A stretch of DNA of 64,000 nucleotides, taken from Rhynchopus sp. YZ270_cl-10 (lineage: Eukaryota). The position numbers and the translations under genes are program-made. This document shows, piece by piece, positions 1-11,400 of this stretch. The notes under the pieces were generated by a model. It was not told the origin of the DNA. It was given only the letters and a program-made list of their open reading frames with translations, and did not search any database. Location of the stretch: contig OZ037837.1 of assembly GCA_964035575.1 (NCBI GenBank), positions 434,001-498,000 of the forward strand. Direction: 5' to 3'. How positions within the stretch are numbered: the stretch's first letter is position 1; every line of letters starts with the position of its first letter.

Positions 1-784
1 GGCATTCCTCTGAGTCCAACGCATGTTTGGCCTGTCTGCGGCGTTGTACTTAAGGTGCACGAAGACAGGGTCTGGTGGTAAATTTTGCGTAGTACTGCGA
101 CGTGGTACTACGTGGGTCTGGGAACCTGGTACCTGGGCACAGGATATTTGTTGTAAAGACATCTTCCATCATGCATTGAGGAGGGTAAGACAGTGTTCGC
201 AGTTTCTACCTGATAGCATTACACATTTAACTTCTCCACGGGGGTCTTGGGCCGTTCACTCGGTTCTACCTTGACTACCGGAAGATATTCTTGAGGCCTT
301 TTTGGTCTCTAGAATATCCGGTCTTCCCGAACGGAGGCACACTTTGTGTGTTACTACGACCTGGCAATTTCCAGCAGTAGGTTAAGTAATCTTTCTTGTA
401 AATTGTTGGATCATTATCTCCTCAGTGCATGAATGCCCCACGTGACTGGACACTTTTGTGTTTGTCATGTGGAGCTGTGGTTGCTCTTTCACGACTTTTA
501 TCCTTGTATCCAGTGTACCCAGTACCCAGTGCCCTGTCACGACTTTTTCCGTGACAAAAAGTTCGGTTTCCTTGACAAAATCCATTTTTTCATTGACATT
601 TTTTTGTCACTGAATTTTTGGATTTGTCACGAAATCGAATTTTTTTTGTCAATGAAAAAATTGGTTTGTCACGAAATCGATTTTTTTTTGTCACGAAATC
701 GAATCTTTCAAAAAAATTCCGTGACAAAATTCCGTGACAAATCGGTGTCACGGTAATTTTCGAGGCCGAAATCGAACTTTTCTC
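1..784 (-). mobile_element. Mutator-like (MULE) foldback element, second copy in inverted orientation, truncated by window start
   Basis: 1-784 is the near-exact reverse complement of 1269-2149. It ends in the same terminus (CGAGGCCGAAATCGAACTTTTCTC) as the 1269-3497 element. Confidence 0.8.
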
Positions 785-1268
785 AATATAAAATTATTAC
801 GCGTCCACTCGACGTTTGGATAAAGAAAACTAGAGATGAAAGGGGGTTTGGGGGGAAGAGTTTAATTCTTGAACGCATCCCCACACTCAGTCACACAATT
901 GTAATGGTGCAATATAAAAAATAAGTATTTCAACCGCACACCACATTGCGACAGGTAGCATTGTGCCGCCCTCGACGCAGATTCCAAAGGGGATTACTGA
1001 AACACCGCCGCAGAGGAAAAGATACAAATAGATTCACGACAGTGCCGACAGTTGCTTTAGACTCAGCTAAGCCTCTTATGTGCAGAGTCAAGCCTTTTGC
1101 ACAGCCATGTTTTGTCAATGTTTGCTTCGTATTTTGCGACCCACAAAATATGGGAGTCGTGACTTCCAGCTTACACTTAAAAAAACATTGAATGTAAAGG
1201 CGGGGGTCCAAATAACGTTATTATTCGGTAACTTTGAGAATTTTTTTCAAAAAGGGAAAAAATAAATA

Positions 1269-3497
1269 GAGAAAAGTTCGATTTCGGCCTCGAAAATTAC
1301 CGTGACACCGATTTGTCACGGAATTTTGTCACGGAATTTTTTTGAAAGATTCGATTTCGTGACAAAAAAAAATCGATTTCGTGACAAACCAATTTTTTCA
1401 TTGACACACAAAATTCGATTTCGTGACAAACCGATTTTTTCATTGACAAAAAAAAATTCGATTTCGTGACAAATCCAAAAATTCAGTGACAAAAAAATGT
1501 CAATGAAAAAATGGATTTTGTCAAGGAAACCGAACTTTTTGTCACGGAAAAAGTCGTGACAGAAATGGATTTTGTCAAGGAAACCAAACTTTTTGTCACG
1601 GAAAAAGTCGTGACAGGGCACTGGGTACTGGGTACACTGGATACAAGGATAAAAGTCGTGAAAGAGCAACCACAGCTCCACATGACAAACACAAAAGTGT
1701 CCAGTCACGTGGGGCATTCATGCACTGAGGAGATAATGATCCAACAATTTACAAGAAAGATTACTTAACCTACTGCTGGAAATTGCCAGGTCGTAGTAAC
1801 ACACAAAGTGTGCCTCCGTTCGGGAAGACCGGATATTCTAGAGACCAAAAAGGCCTCAAGAATATCTTCCGGTAGTCAAGGTATAACCGAATGAACGGCC
1901 CAAGACCCCCGTGGAGAAGTTAAATGTGTAATGCTATCAGGTAGAAACTGCGAACACTGTCTTACCCTCCTCAATGCATGGTGGAAGATGTCTTTACAAC
2001 AAATATCCTGTACCCAGGTACCAGGTTCCCAGACCCACGCAGTACCACGTCGCAGTACTACGCAAAATTTACCACCAGACCCTGTCTTCGTGCACCTGAA
2101 GTACAACGCCGCAGACAGGCCAAACATGCGTTGGACTCAGAGGAATGCCTGCTGTGCAGTGTATCAATGAGAACCAACTCCCAGCAACAAGGGGCGCCTT
2201 TTGGCGGGCGTTGTTGAGGGTGTTTGGGGTGCAAAGTTTTCCACAATTTTGATGCGCGGGTACAGAAGTGTTATCTTGTTCTTTCATCTCTAGGAATGTA
2301 AATGTCAATCGCGTTTAACTACCACTAGGGCTTGTTCAGTGAACCCACGAGGGGTCGAAGGGGGTTGGTTATCCCGTATCTATCAAAGGTTGTGTCGACC
2401 AGGCTAAACCACTATGTTACGCTGTACGTTGTTAAATCCGAAGAAATAACACTTTAGCAGCCGCAGGAAGTTTGCTAAAAAGAGTGCCTCACGCTACACA
2501 AACCACCACCCGCGATTGACTTAGATGTTATAACAAAGAGAATTCAGAACAAAACAACACCCTGCCCCATACACACTAAATTGTCATGCTTCAAGAGCAT
2601 GCCTGGGCCAAAATTACTATGACGAAAAGGCAACAAGACCACCCACAAGGAGTGTGAATTGTGCACTGGTTTTCTGGGGGAACAAACAATATTTTCTTGT
2701 GTCTAGTCCTCCGGAAGCAGAGGACAGACTTTCCGGAAGGTTTCCAAAGTCGAATTTCTTGCACTAGCTATGCTCCCTGGTTAATGGCTATAGCAGTGAC
2801 TGACAAAGTGTTCCCACCCCCCTTTCCACCACCATAATAACCGAACTCTGCTTATCAAACCACAATCTGAATCTGCTTCCGTCGCATGCGCTGGTGGATT
2901 CGATCTGTTTTGGTGTGTGTAATGGAATGTATGGGTGAGGGTTGGGGTATTAGGTATAGAAACTTGCGCACCCATTAATTTTTTACCGAATGAAAATGAA
3001 ATCTGCAATGAGTGTCTGCTGCATATCATTTAGTGGGGCTGGCCTCTGGCCAGAGGCGTGCAAGCCTGACCGTGTTCGCGATATACTAAGTCTTGCATAA
3101 TCATAAAGTTATCATACCTTGTGTCTTCAGTCTCTGCCCTTAGGTTTCTAGACAGCTCAAGAATGGCCTCTTTTGTGTTTGTCAAGTGGCTGTCTGGTCA
3201 CTTTTCAGTGACTGGCGGGTTGGCTGTCACGACTTTTTCCTTGACAAAATCCATTTTTTTCAATGACATTTTTTTGTCAATGAAAAAATGGATTTGTCAC
3301 GAAATCGAATTTTTTTTTGTCAATGAAAAAAGTCATTTGTCACTAAATTGAATTTTGTGTGTCAATGAAAAAATTGGTTTGTCACGAAATCGATTTTTTT
3401 TTGTCACGAAATCGAATCTTTCAAAAAAATTCCGTGACAAAGTACCGTGACAAATCGGTGTCACGGGTATTTTCGAGGCCGAAATCGAACTTTTCTC
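1269..3497. mobile_element. Non-autonomous Mutator-like foldback element with long TIRs and 9-bp TSD
   Basis: Begins GAGAAAAGTTCGATTTCGGCCTCG and ends with its reverse complement. TIRs are a few hundred bp, built of TTGTCACG/CGTGACAA subrepeats. AAATAAATA is duplicated at 1260-1268 and 3498-3506. Confidence 0.85.
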
Positions 3498-3703
3498 AAA
3501 TAAATAAAAGGAGTCGTCGAAACGTGCTGAAAAGCAGCTCGTTCGAGAAAAAAAATCGTACTGTTGATACAGGCGCTTCCGACTGACCACATAAGTTTCC
3601 AGCCCCAGGTGAAGCGAAAGTACCCTGCGGCCAACAAAAGATGTAAGCATGTGTAAAATAAAATAAAAACGATGTTTGGTAAATCGTAAACTTATTTGTA
3701 ATA

Positions 3704-6127
3704 TTAGTCCAGCCTTCCGGTGACAGACCACACCTTGTTCACAGCTTCAGCTGACTTGAAGAGAAGCTGCTGCACTTCTGTCAGATCCTGCTTCGCGATA
3801 TCCTCGAAGGGAACGCCATCTTCTAGGTGCCTCTGCACGGGGTCCCTTGATGACAGGTCGCGGTGCAGTGTGTACATCCACTCCTCGTTCTTTTGGACGC
3901 TCACTCCACCAAGCTGGCACATCCTGTCACCTGAGTCGCATTTGCACAGGTAATGGGTGAGGAACTGCCCCTCAAGAAGAGAAGCAGCCTTTCTTCCGAG
4001 TATCGTCACCGACGCAGCCTTGGACAGTACCATGCAGTGCGCGGAGAAGGCTTGGAAGGCGGCCAACTTTGAGGTCTCCGCACCGCACACAGCAACACCA
4101 CGGAGAGTGCTGTTCCCGACGTTGCCTACTTGGAACGATCCCGACACGATTGCAGAGGACACGCGTGTTGGTGCATCCGGCAGCAACGAGGCGACTTCGC
4201 TTGCGTACTTCGCAGAGGTGGACAGCGGACAGCGTGCAGTCAGCCCCCACGAAATGTGGAACAGAGTGTGCTCCACAGCCTGGATGCCGTGCAGCATGCC
4301 ACGCCGTGCAGAGATAACATCCTGCAGGTATCCGATCAGTGTTGTGTACTCCGCGTGCCCCACCTCTGCAGCTACAACACGCACCGCAAGCAGCGCACCC
4401 TTGGCAGGCACAGTCTGCAGCTGCATGTTGTTCCCTGTGCGCACAACGACACTGCTCTGGGACGCGCCCGTGTACGCAGAAGATGCGCGGGAGGGGACGC
4501 TGCTTTTCTGGCCGGAAATATCCTTTGTGTCGGAAGTCTCCGAGTCATCGTGGTCTTCGGTGTCCTCCTCCTGGAAGAGCGCCGCCGGGAGGAACGCTTT
4601 GTACTGCTCAAGGTTCTGCACAGCGAAGAGAAGGCCGTTGATCACGTTGCGGATCTGCGTGACGGCGATGGCCGTGCGTGCGTCGTCCGTGCACCGCATC
4701 GCGTTGACGAGGTCCATGTCGTGCAGGTGTGTCATCGCAGCAGAGAGCTTTATCAGCGGCACACCGACCACAAGCACCTCACACACGGCAAGCACCACGT
4801 CCAGGATCAACACTGCGGCAGAGAAGCCGATGAGGAGGTACAGCGCGTTCTTCACCTCACCCTCGACGGAAGAGTACGGGCGCACCCAGAGGATGCAGGC
4901 GTTCATGGGTGGAGGGATGCTCTCGTCTAGGCCTCCTTCGGGCGTGAAGCGGAAGAGGGGTGCCCTGCGCATGAAGTGCTTCTCGCCGTCGAGATCAGCG
5001 ATGCGAAAGGTGTCCTCCTCGTTTTTGACCTCCTTCCATGCGTCCTGCATCACCTTGGGCATGTGCGAAATGGTCACAACACAGTCCTCCAGTGGCGATT
5101 CCGTCCGCCCGGCCGCGTTGCACGACTTGTCGATCATCGTTCTGTTGTCTGACGTTGCAAACACGAACTCCGTGGTCGCATCGAAGACGATTACTTCTGT
5201 TCCCGGGTGGTCCTGTCCGTACTGGGCAACAGCCTCCTCCCAAGCCGTGAAGATGAAAAAGGCGCTAACGTAGATGTACTTGTAAGCCGACCACGGGTGT
5301 GGTGGGGGTGGGGGTGCCCAGACACTGTCAAATGAGACGTACACATAAGGGTTGTTGTCAGAGCCGTACCAAGGGAGGGGGTGGCGCCAGCGCTGCATCT
5401 GTGCGCCCAAGGTGCCCCGCGACCAGCCACGTGGCGCATAGTCTGCAGGCCACGAGGAGAAGTTGAGTGGAGCGCCCTTAGTGGGAGACCACCCTTCGTG
5501 GTCCAGGAACCGTAATATTCCACCGAAGTCGTACGCGTACTTAGTTATTTCGCCAGACTCATCGTCCAAATGGTCTCCGCGTGCCTTCGTCAAATTTATG
5601 TTGTTCGCCCCTGGAATCATGTTCCCACCGCGGCCCCAAACAAATTCACGTTCCTTACGCGCAGTGAGATCGAACCACACGTTCGAGTAGAATCCCGCCG
5701 AGTCCGTCCTCACGTGAGGTATCAACACAACGCCCATCGAGTAGAGGTAACTGCTGCGCCGGATCGTGCCAAACTTGTAGCGCCGAAGCAGCTCGGCCCA
5801 GTTAGCACTGTCCGACTTGGAGACGTTCAGAAACCCATTTGCGTCTGCCACTATAGGACCCAGGGACTTGATCACCGGCGTATCCAAAAACTTCTCTGTC
5901 TTGAACACAACGGACTTCGTCTCCTCCACGCTCTTCAAGAGGTCTAACTGGATACTAGAACACTCGGCACGAGACACCTCTCTAATCGTCTTCTCTAGCG
6001 ATGCCACTGACTCGAAGTACATAATCATCCCACCGGCAATCGACGCACACGTCGAGAATGCTGTCGCCATTGCAATCAGCCATGTCAAATTTGCTGTGCA
6101 TTTCGGTTTGAACTTACGTATTTCCAT
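3704..6127 (-). CDS. Receptor-type membrane protein: 2 TM helices, extracellular domain, degenerate class III nucleotide cyclase-like C-terminus (~807 aa)
   Basis: Long GC-rich ORF, first ATG at 6127 (MEIRKFK). Hydrophobic segments LIAMATAFSTCASIAGGMIMYF and ALYLLIGFSAAVLILDVVLAVCEVLVV, followed by a HAMP-like linker, YKAFLP, and cyclase-like SGSFQVGNVGNSTLRGVAVCG. Confidence 0.8.
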   Translation of the reverse strand: MEIRKFKPKCTANLTWLIAMATAFSTCASIAGGMIMYFESVASLEKTIREVSRAECSSIQLDLLKSVEETKSVVFKTEKFLDTPVIKSLGPIVADANGFLNVSKSDSANWAELLRRYKFGTIRRSSYLYSMGVVLIPHVRTDSAGFYSNVWFDLTARKEREFVWGRGGNMIPGANNINLTKARGDHLDDESGEITKYAYDFGGILRFLDHEGWSPTKGAPLNFSSWPADYAPRGWSRGTLGAQMQRWRHPLPWYGSDNNPYVYVSFDSVWAPPPPPHPWSAYKYIYVSAFFIFTAWEEAVAQYGQDHPGTEVIVFDATTEFVFATSDNRTMIDKSCNAAGRTESPLEDCVVTISHMPKVMQDAWKEVKNEEDTFRIADLDGEKHFMRRAPLFRFTPEGGLDESIPPPMNACILWVRPYSSVEGEVKNALYLLIGFSAAVLILDVVLAVCEVLVVGVPLIKLSAAMTHLHDMDLVNAMRCTDDARTAIAVTQIRNVINGLLFAVQNLEQYKAFLPAALFQEEDTEDHDDSETSDTKDISGQKSSVPSRASSAYTGASQSSVVVRTGNNMQLQTVPAKGALLAVRVVAAEVGHAEYTTLIGYLQDVISARRGMLHGIQAVEHTLFHISWGLTARCPLSTSAKYASEVASLLPDAPTRVSSAIVSGSFQVGNVGNSTLRGVAVCGAETSKLAAFQAFSAHCMVLSKAASVTILGRKAASLLEGQFLTHYLCKCDSGDRMCQLGGVSVQKNEEWMYTLHRDLSSRDPVQRHLEDGVPFEDIAKQDLTEVQQLLFKSAEAVNKVWSVTGRLD

Positions 6128-6925
6128 GGTAGTGTGTATGTGTATGTGTGTCTGCAGGGTGGGGTGGGAAAGGTGTGTGACAGCAGACCTACTGCAACAA
6201 CGCCGATGATCAGAGCAGCCTTCTCGCCGTGGTTCAAATGGCCTGCCACGTGACAAGCCATATCATCTGTGTACTGTCTCTCTAGAGCATTTAAAAGTGC
6301 TGTAATTGAAGACCGCACGGAGTTGACTCGTTCTGCGGAAACCCTGAGAATTTGGGGAACAGTTGGAACCATACCGAGGACAGAATATTAAACCCCGTTC
6401 GTATTTTATTTAGTGGGTACGCAACCCACGTCGGACAACGTTCTTTTTTGAACCCCAAAACCGCCCGAAATGGAAGCAAAAAAGAAAATGCTCGAGAGAC
6501 TCGTTCCTCTTTGCTTGTTGCTCAAAAGACTATAAACGGGCAGTGTTTTTTCTAGGGGGGTTGGAGGGGGGCACTTTACACCCCTGGGATTTTTTTGGGG
6601 AAATACCGCCCCCCTCGAGGGGGGCGGTATTTTGGATTTTATTTTTTGGATTACTGGGGGTTTAAAGATCACCACAGATGGTCAAAAGTGCCAAATTTTG
6701 GTAGTAACGGCCTCAAATCCTCAAAATTAGCCTAAAATAGGGGGTCAATACCCGTCGGTTCGCCGAATAGTGGACCCCGGTCTACTATTCGGCCCCCACC
6801 CAGTAAACGGACGAATAAATAAAGTAAACGGTGTATTTCATTGGTGCTTATAGTACTCCTATCCCCCAAGTACACCCACCCACGTCGAATCCATAAATCT
6901 TCACAAAAATCAACTACTCTTAACT

Positions 6926-9731
6926 ATGTCTCAAAGGAAGATTACCGGGTTTTTTCGAAAGATTGCACCGGCTGCCCCACAACCCGCAGATTCTGCATCT
7001 CCTGCACCGGCTGCCCCACAACCCGCAGATTCTGCATCTCCTGCACCGAGTGCCCCCGCACAATCCGAAAAACGGGAGGATTACGAGAAATGGAATGGTG
7101 ACACTGCATATGCACAGGGCATCCTCCGTGGGATGAAATGGAAGAGGCAGGGGTTGGGTTACCTGAAGAAGCCTGAGTTTGTGGCGAAGGTGAAAGCGTA
7201 CGACCAGCGCGCGGAGGGAGACGAACTTGGCGACGTCAGCGAGGCAGAGAGCCAAGGCAGCCAAGCAAGCCAGGGTGCGGGAACGAGGAAGCGGTACCAT
7301 ACTTCGGTATCCAACAAAAAACGGAAGGTACAGCTCCAAGGCACATCCGATGCAGACATCTGGGAGGAAGTGGAGGAGGCGTCTCTGAAGGTCTTTTTGC
7401 CCCCCGTCACCTACACTACAGTAAGGAGAGAGCCACAAAAGAAGTCCCCGAAGTTTGATGGGCTGGGGATCGGAACCTCCACACCAGCACAGGCTGCAGT
7501 TGAGTCTGTTATGGATGTCGATGATGAGAGTTCCGATGAATTGAATGAATCATCTGAAGACCTGGAGGAGGAAGTGCAGTCAGACGAAGAGGAGACTGCC
7601 AAGGGGGTGTCGTTCTTCTCCGACGCACAGCCGTACATCAACGCGAAGAGGACAAGGGGGTGGCTGATACCGGGCCACAGAGGCTACTACTGTAGCCTGT
7701 GTAGGATGCACCGCAGCATGTTGCGCACGACCGGGAGTGGAAAGGGTGTCTGGGTCGACACGCCGGTCACCGCCGTTGACAAACTGAGGGACAAGGTGAC
7801 GAAACACGAGAAAACTGGTTCTCACAAAGCATCACAGGCAGCAGAGAATTCCAGGACCAGCGGGAAAAGCATTATCGCAATCCAGGAACAGATGGTGAAG
7901 AATAACAGGATTCAGCTGAAAAAAATAATATCCTCCCTGTACTTCTGCATCCAGCACACCCTCCCCCATACAACAATGCACCCTGCCTTAGCCGAGCTCA
8001 TCGCTAAATACGACCCCGACCTAGCGGATTTCACCACAGACACAAAAAACGCCACCTACCTCAGCACCACCATTGCACAGCAGCTTCTGAAGTGTATCGA
8101 CGCAGAGGTACGTGTGCGGATAGAAGAGCGTGTGCGGAAGTCTTCTTACCTCACTTGTCTGTGCGATGAGACAGAGGCGAGACGAAGGGAGGAGTTGCAC
8201 ATTCCTCCGTGGCGTGGATCCCAAGACGGGTGAAACGTGGACGCATTTCTGGTCCGTAGTGGCACTGGAGGGTGGACAAGGAGCAGCCAACGTGACAACA
8301 TAGATCCTGGAACAGCTCCGGTACACAAACCCCCAGGATGGTTTGAACGACCTGGTTGAACGGCCGGACAGAGATGAACGCATAACTCCCAAGCGCTTTT
8401 CTTGTATTTCGCTAGATGGGGCATCGACGATGTCAGGGGATTTTTCTGGAGTAAAAACCCGCTTCCAGTACGCAATGGGAGCCCACGTCATTTACGTGTG
8501 GTGCTCGAGCCACAAGCTGAGCTTGGCTGTGAACTGGGCCTCGCAATACAACCTCAACACCCTCTCCGCAGTTAACTCCTTGCGTGACATCTACTACTAC
8601 CTTCACAACAGCTCTGTCCGATATGGGGAGTATTTGGAGACGATCAAGGACATGAGGAAAGACCCGCTGTACTGCTTCGTGCCGAATCAAAAGCTGATCT
8701 GCAGTGCGGATACGAGGTGGATGACGAACGAGGAAGTGGCAAAGATCCTCCTAAATACGTGGCCGATCGTCTACGGCACGGTTGAGGATTTCTACGCAGA
8801 AGATAGAGACGCAACATCGCTTGGCATCCTTATAACATTGAGATCCCCAACCTTCATCGCGTCACTCTTTTTGCTGTGCACGGTTTTTGAGCTTGTGAAC
8901 CCCCTCAACCTCGCTCTCCAAAAAAGCCGTGCCTTTCTTGCGACAGTGCCCCAGCTCCTCCGCACTTTGACGCACGACCTCGGCGTTCTTGCTGAATGCA
9001 CACGTCAAAACGTCGGCACGACGTACGCGAAGTGGTCGGTGTTCTACAACACCCACATCTCCCCGCACAGCAAGAAGAAGGTTACGGACCTCGGGTGGCA
9101 AAAGTTCCACGACACCACCACAGTTCCCTATGTTAGGGAACTGAAAAAACAGCTCGCGACCCGGTTCGACAACCTGGGTTTCATGGAAGCAATTGCTTGC
9201 TTCGATCCCCAAACCGTCTTCGCGGACCGAGAATCGGAGGAGATAAAGTGCGTGAATACGCTGGTTACGTATTACGGCACGGCCAAGTCTGCGTCGGTCA
9301 CAGGAAAACCAACCACAACGTCGGCGCCAGTGTGGGATGCGGAGTACTGCAGCCGCGTTCGCCACCAACTACCTCAACTCTTCCAGGCTCTACGAACTGC
9401 CAGAGACAGCGCCAAGGACCCCTCTCTGTTCACCTTCGAAGACGGGTTGAAGTATGCTTGTGCGAGAGAAGCAACGAGTCTGCCTGTGGCAGTTGATGTG
9501 ATGATGTTGGTGGCCAGCTTTCCTGTCGGGACAGTTGATGTCGAGCGAGCTTTTTCTGTGCTGAAGCTGATCATGACCCCACTGCGGAACCGCCTCCGAC
9601 AGGACACACTGGACATGTTGATCAGAATCAAGATGGAAGGTACGGAACAGCCAGGAGACGACTTTCTTGAGAAGGTTGTCGACAGGTTTGTGAAAATGTC
9701 GCCGCAGGGAGGAAGGAGAGTGAATTTCTGA
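6926..9731 (+). pseudogene. hAT-family DDE transposase (TTF-type zinc finger, hAT dimerisation domain), disrupted
   Basis: Zinc finger WL..GYYCSLC..KHEKTGSH; catalytic motifs CDET, LDGA, WCSSH and DVERAFS..LRNRL. A frameshift near 8195-8201 and an in-frame TAG at 8301-8303 separate ORFs 6926-8233 and 8343-9731. The bridging frame reads FLRGVDPKTGETWTHFWSVV. Confidence 0.9.
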
Positions 9732-9980
9732 TATCAGTTTACTTAGCACCATTATTGTTTTTGCGTCTTCGTGTGGCGTCCTGCGAACCGCGGACATTGT
9801 GTACTCTTTTATGTTCATCATCAAATCAAAAGCGCTGCCTCTACCCCCATTTTTGCTAAACGCCTGTCTTTCTTCCCTAAGCAACCTTCACATACCCTCA
9901 CAGAAGCTACACACACACTTTTGGATTACTGTGGGTTTAAAGATCACCACAGGTGGTCTTTAACAATATTTTCAAACACC

Positions 9981-10217
9981 ATGTCGCTCACTCCGACCAC
10001 TGCGCCGTCCGTCTACGCCCAGGACAGGCGTTTTTTGGTAGCAGTCAGCAAGTACTGCTGGCTAGAAGCCAACGCAGACGGGTACTATTGTACCCTCTGC
10101 CGCCGACACTACAACACTGGAGAGTGGGTATCAAGCCCAATGGACAACGTGCAGAGGCTGGACGAGAAAGCAGAGCGACACCACGTCAGCGTCGCCCACA
10201 GGAGAGCAACGATCTGA
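9981..10217 (+). CDS. Stand-alone TTF-type zinc-finger protein (78 aa), paralogous to the transposase N-terminal finger
   Basis: ATG at 9981. KYCWLEANADGYYCTLCRRH..GEWVSSPM..RLDEKAERHHVSVAH aligns with transposase RGWLIPGHRGYYCSLCRMH..GVWVDTPV..KLRDKVTKHEKTGSH. Confidence 0.65.
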   Translation: MSLTPTTAPSVYAQDRRFLVAVSKYCWLEANADGYYCTLCRRHYNTGEWVSSPMDNVQRLDEKAERHHVSVAHRRATI

Positions 10218-10371
10218 GCAACGATCCCAGCAACGACCCTCCTCCTATGTCTTGATAAAGTACGTGTCGAGAAAGCTCGGAATACACCCAAAAATCGCTA
10301 AAAAACCACTTTTTCTGGGGGGAAAAATTTTTTTTCTGGGGTGGTGTGACCTATACAGGGGTAGTGGTATA

Positions 10372-10430
10372 CCTTAGAAGGACCTTAGAAGGACCTTAGA
10401 AGGACCTTAGAAGGACCTTAGAAGGACCTT
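10372..10430. repeat. 11-bp tandem repeat (CCTTAGAAGGA) x5; two more units near 11093-11118
   Basis: Read directly from the sequence. Confidence 0.9.
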
Positions 10431-10912
10431 TTTTACACCTTTTTTTTTGGGGGGTGCTAAAATTATTTGTGTACATTTTTTTGGTGGTTTTTTGTGGCCA
10501 GAAATTTTCCCCAGAATTTTTTACCCACAAAAAATCAAAAAAATATTTTTTTGATTTCGGTGCACCGGAGACTGTGCGTGCTGTGATGGGGTCACTTTGC
10601 GCTCAGAAATGAGTATTTTTGACCCAAAATGCATGTGTCAGTTTTTACAGGCCATTTTCAAGTTTTGTGTGCAAAATATGGTCAGTACTTGACTTCTGAA
10701 GGAAAAGTACAAAATGAACGTGGGGCAGTTTGCGTAGATGCGCATTTTACACCCCACCATTTGACGGGCGGTGCTCGTAGAACCCGACGAAAAGTGAGAA
10801 AAAAGGATACGCCGAAACAATAAAAGTAGCGTACCGTGCGCCTGCGGCGCAAGCTGGTATCCCACCTTCCCATGACATAGTGTCGCAGGCTACTGCCGTC
10901 TCGGATTGCCTT

Positions 10913-10994
10913 GGTACTGGGTACTGGGTACTGGGTACTGGGTACTGGGTACTGGGTACTGGGTACTGGGTACTGGGTACTGGGTACTGGGTAC
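10913..10994. repeat. (GGTACTG)n microsatellite, ~12 units
   Basis: Read directly from the sequence. Confidence 0.95.
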
Positions 10995-11400
10995 CCAGTT
11001 TTTTGATCGAAAACAAGGCCACTACACCACAGGGAAAGCTCGGGAAAAAGTCACGTTTTCCTTAAGGAAATGCCCTAAGGAAAACCACCGTACCTTAGAA
11101 GGACCTTAGAAGGACCTTTTTTACACCTTTTTTTTAGAAAAATCACACCATGGGGGGAAATTTTTTTTTTTTTACCGCCCCCCTCGCAGGCTATTTCCTA
11201 ATCTGGATTCTGGATCCCACTTTTTTCCGGGGTTTTTCATACTTTTTTCCCGTTTTTTTTTTTTTCCTGATTTCTGGATCCGAGTTTTGAAAAAATTTCG
11301 GGAAAAAAAAATTTCCCGTGACCCAGTGTGGCGGGGGGGCCCCCGGGGGGAAAAAATCATGGTTGGACCACGGGAGTACCATGAAACTGGGTTGCTGACC

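Noticed and set aside
3957..5273. 438-aa plus-strand ORF and similar antisense ORFs over the other genes (e.g. 25672-27156, 20543-21373)
   Set aside because: Antisense shadows of GC-rich minus-strand genes, with no motifs of their own.
8190..8345. Programmed frameshift or stop readthrough in the transposase
   Set aside because: No slippery site is seen, and two independent lesions are more simply decay or sequence error.
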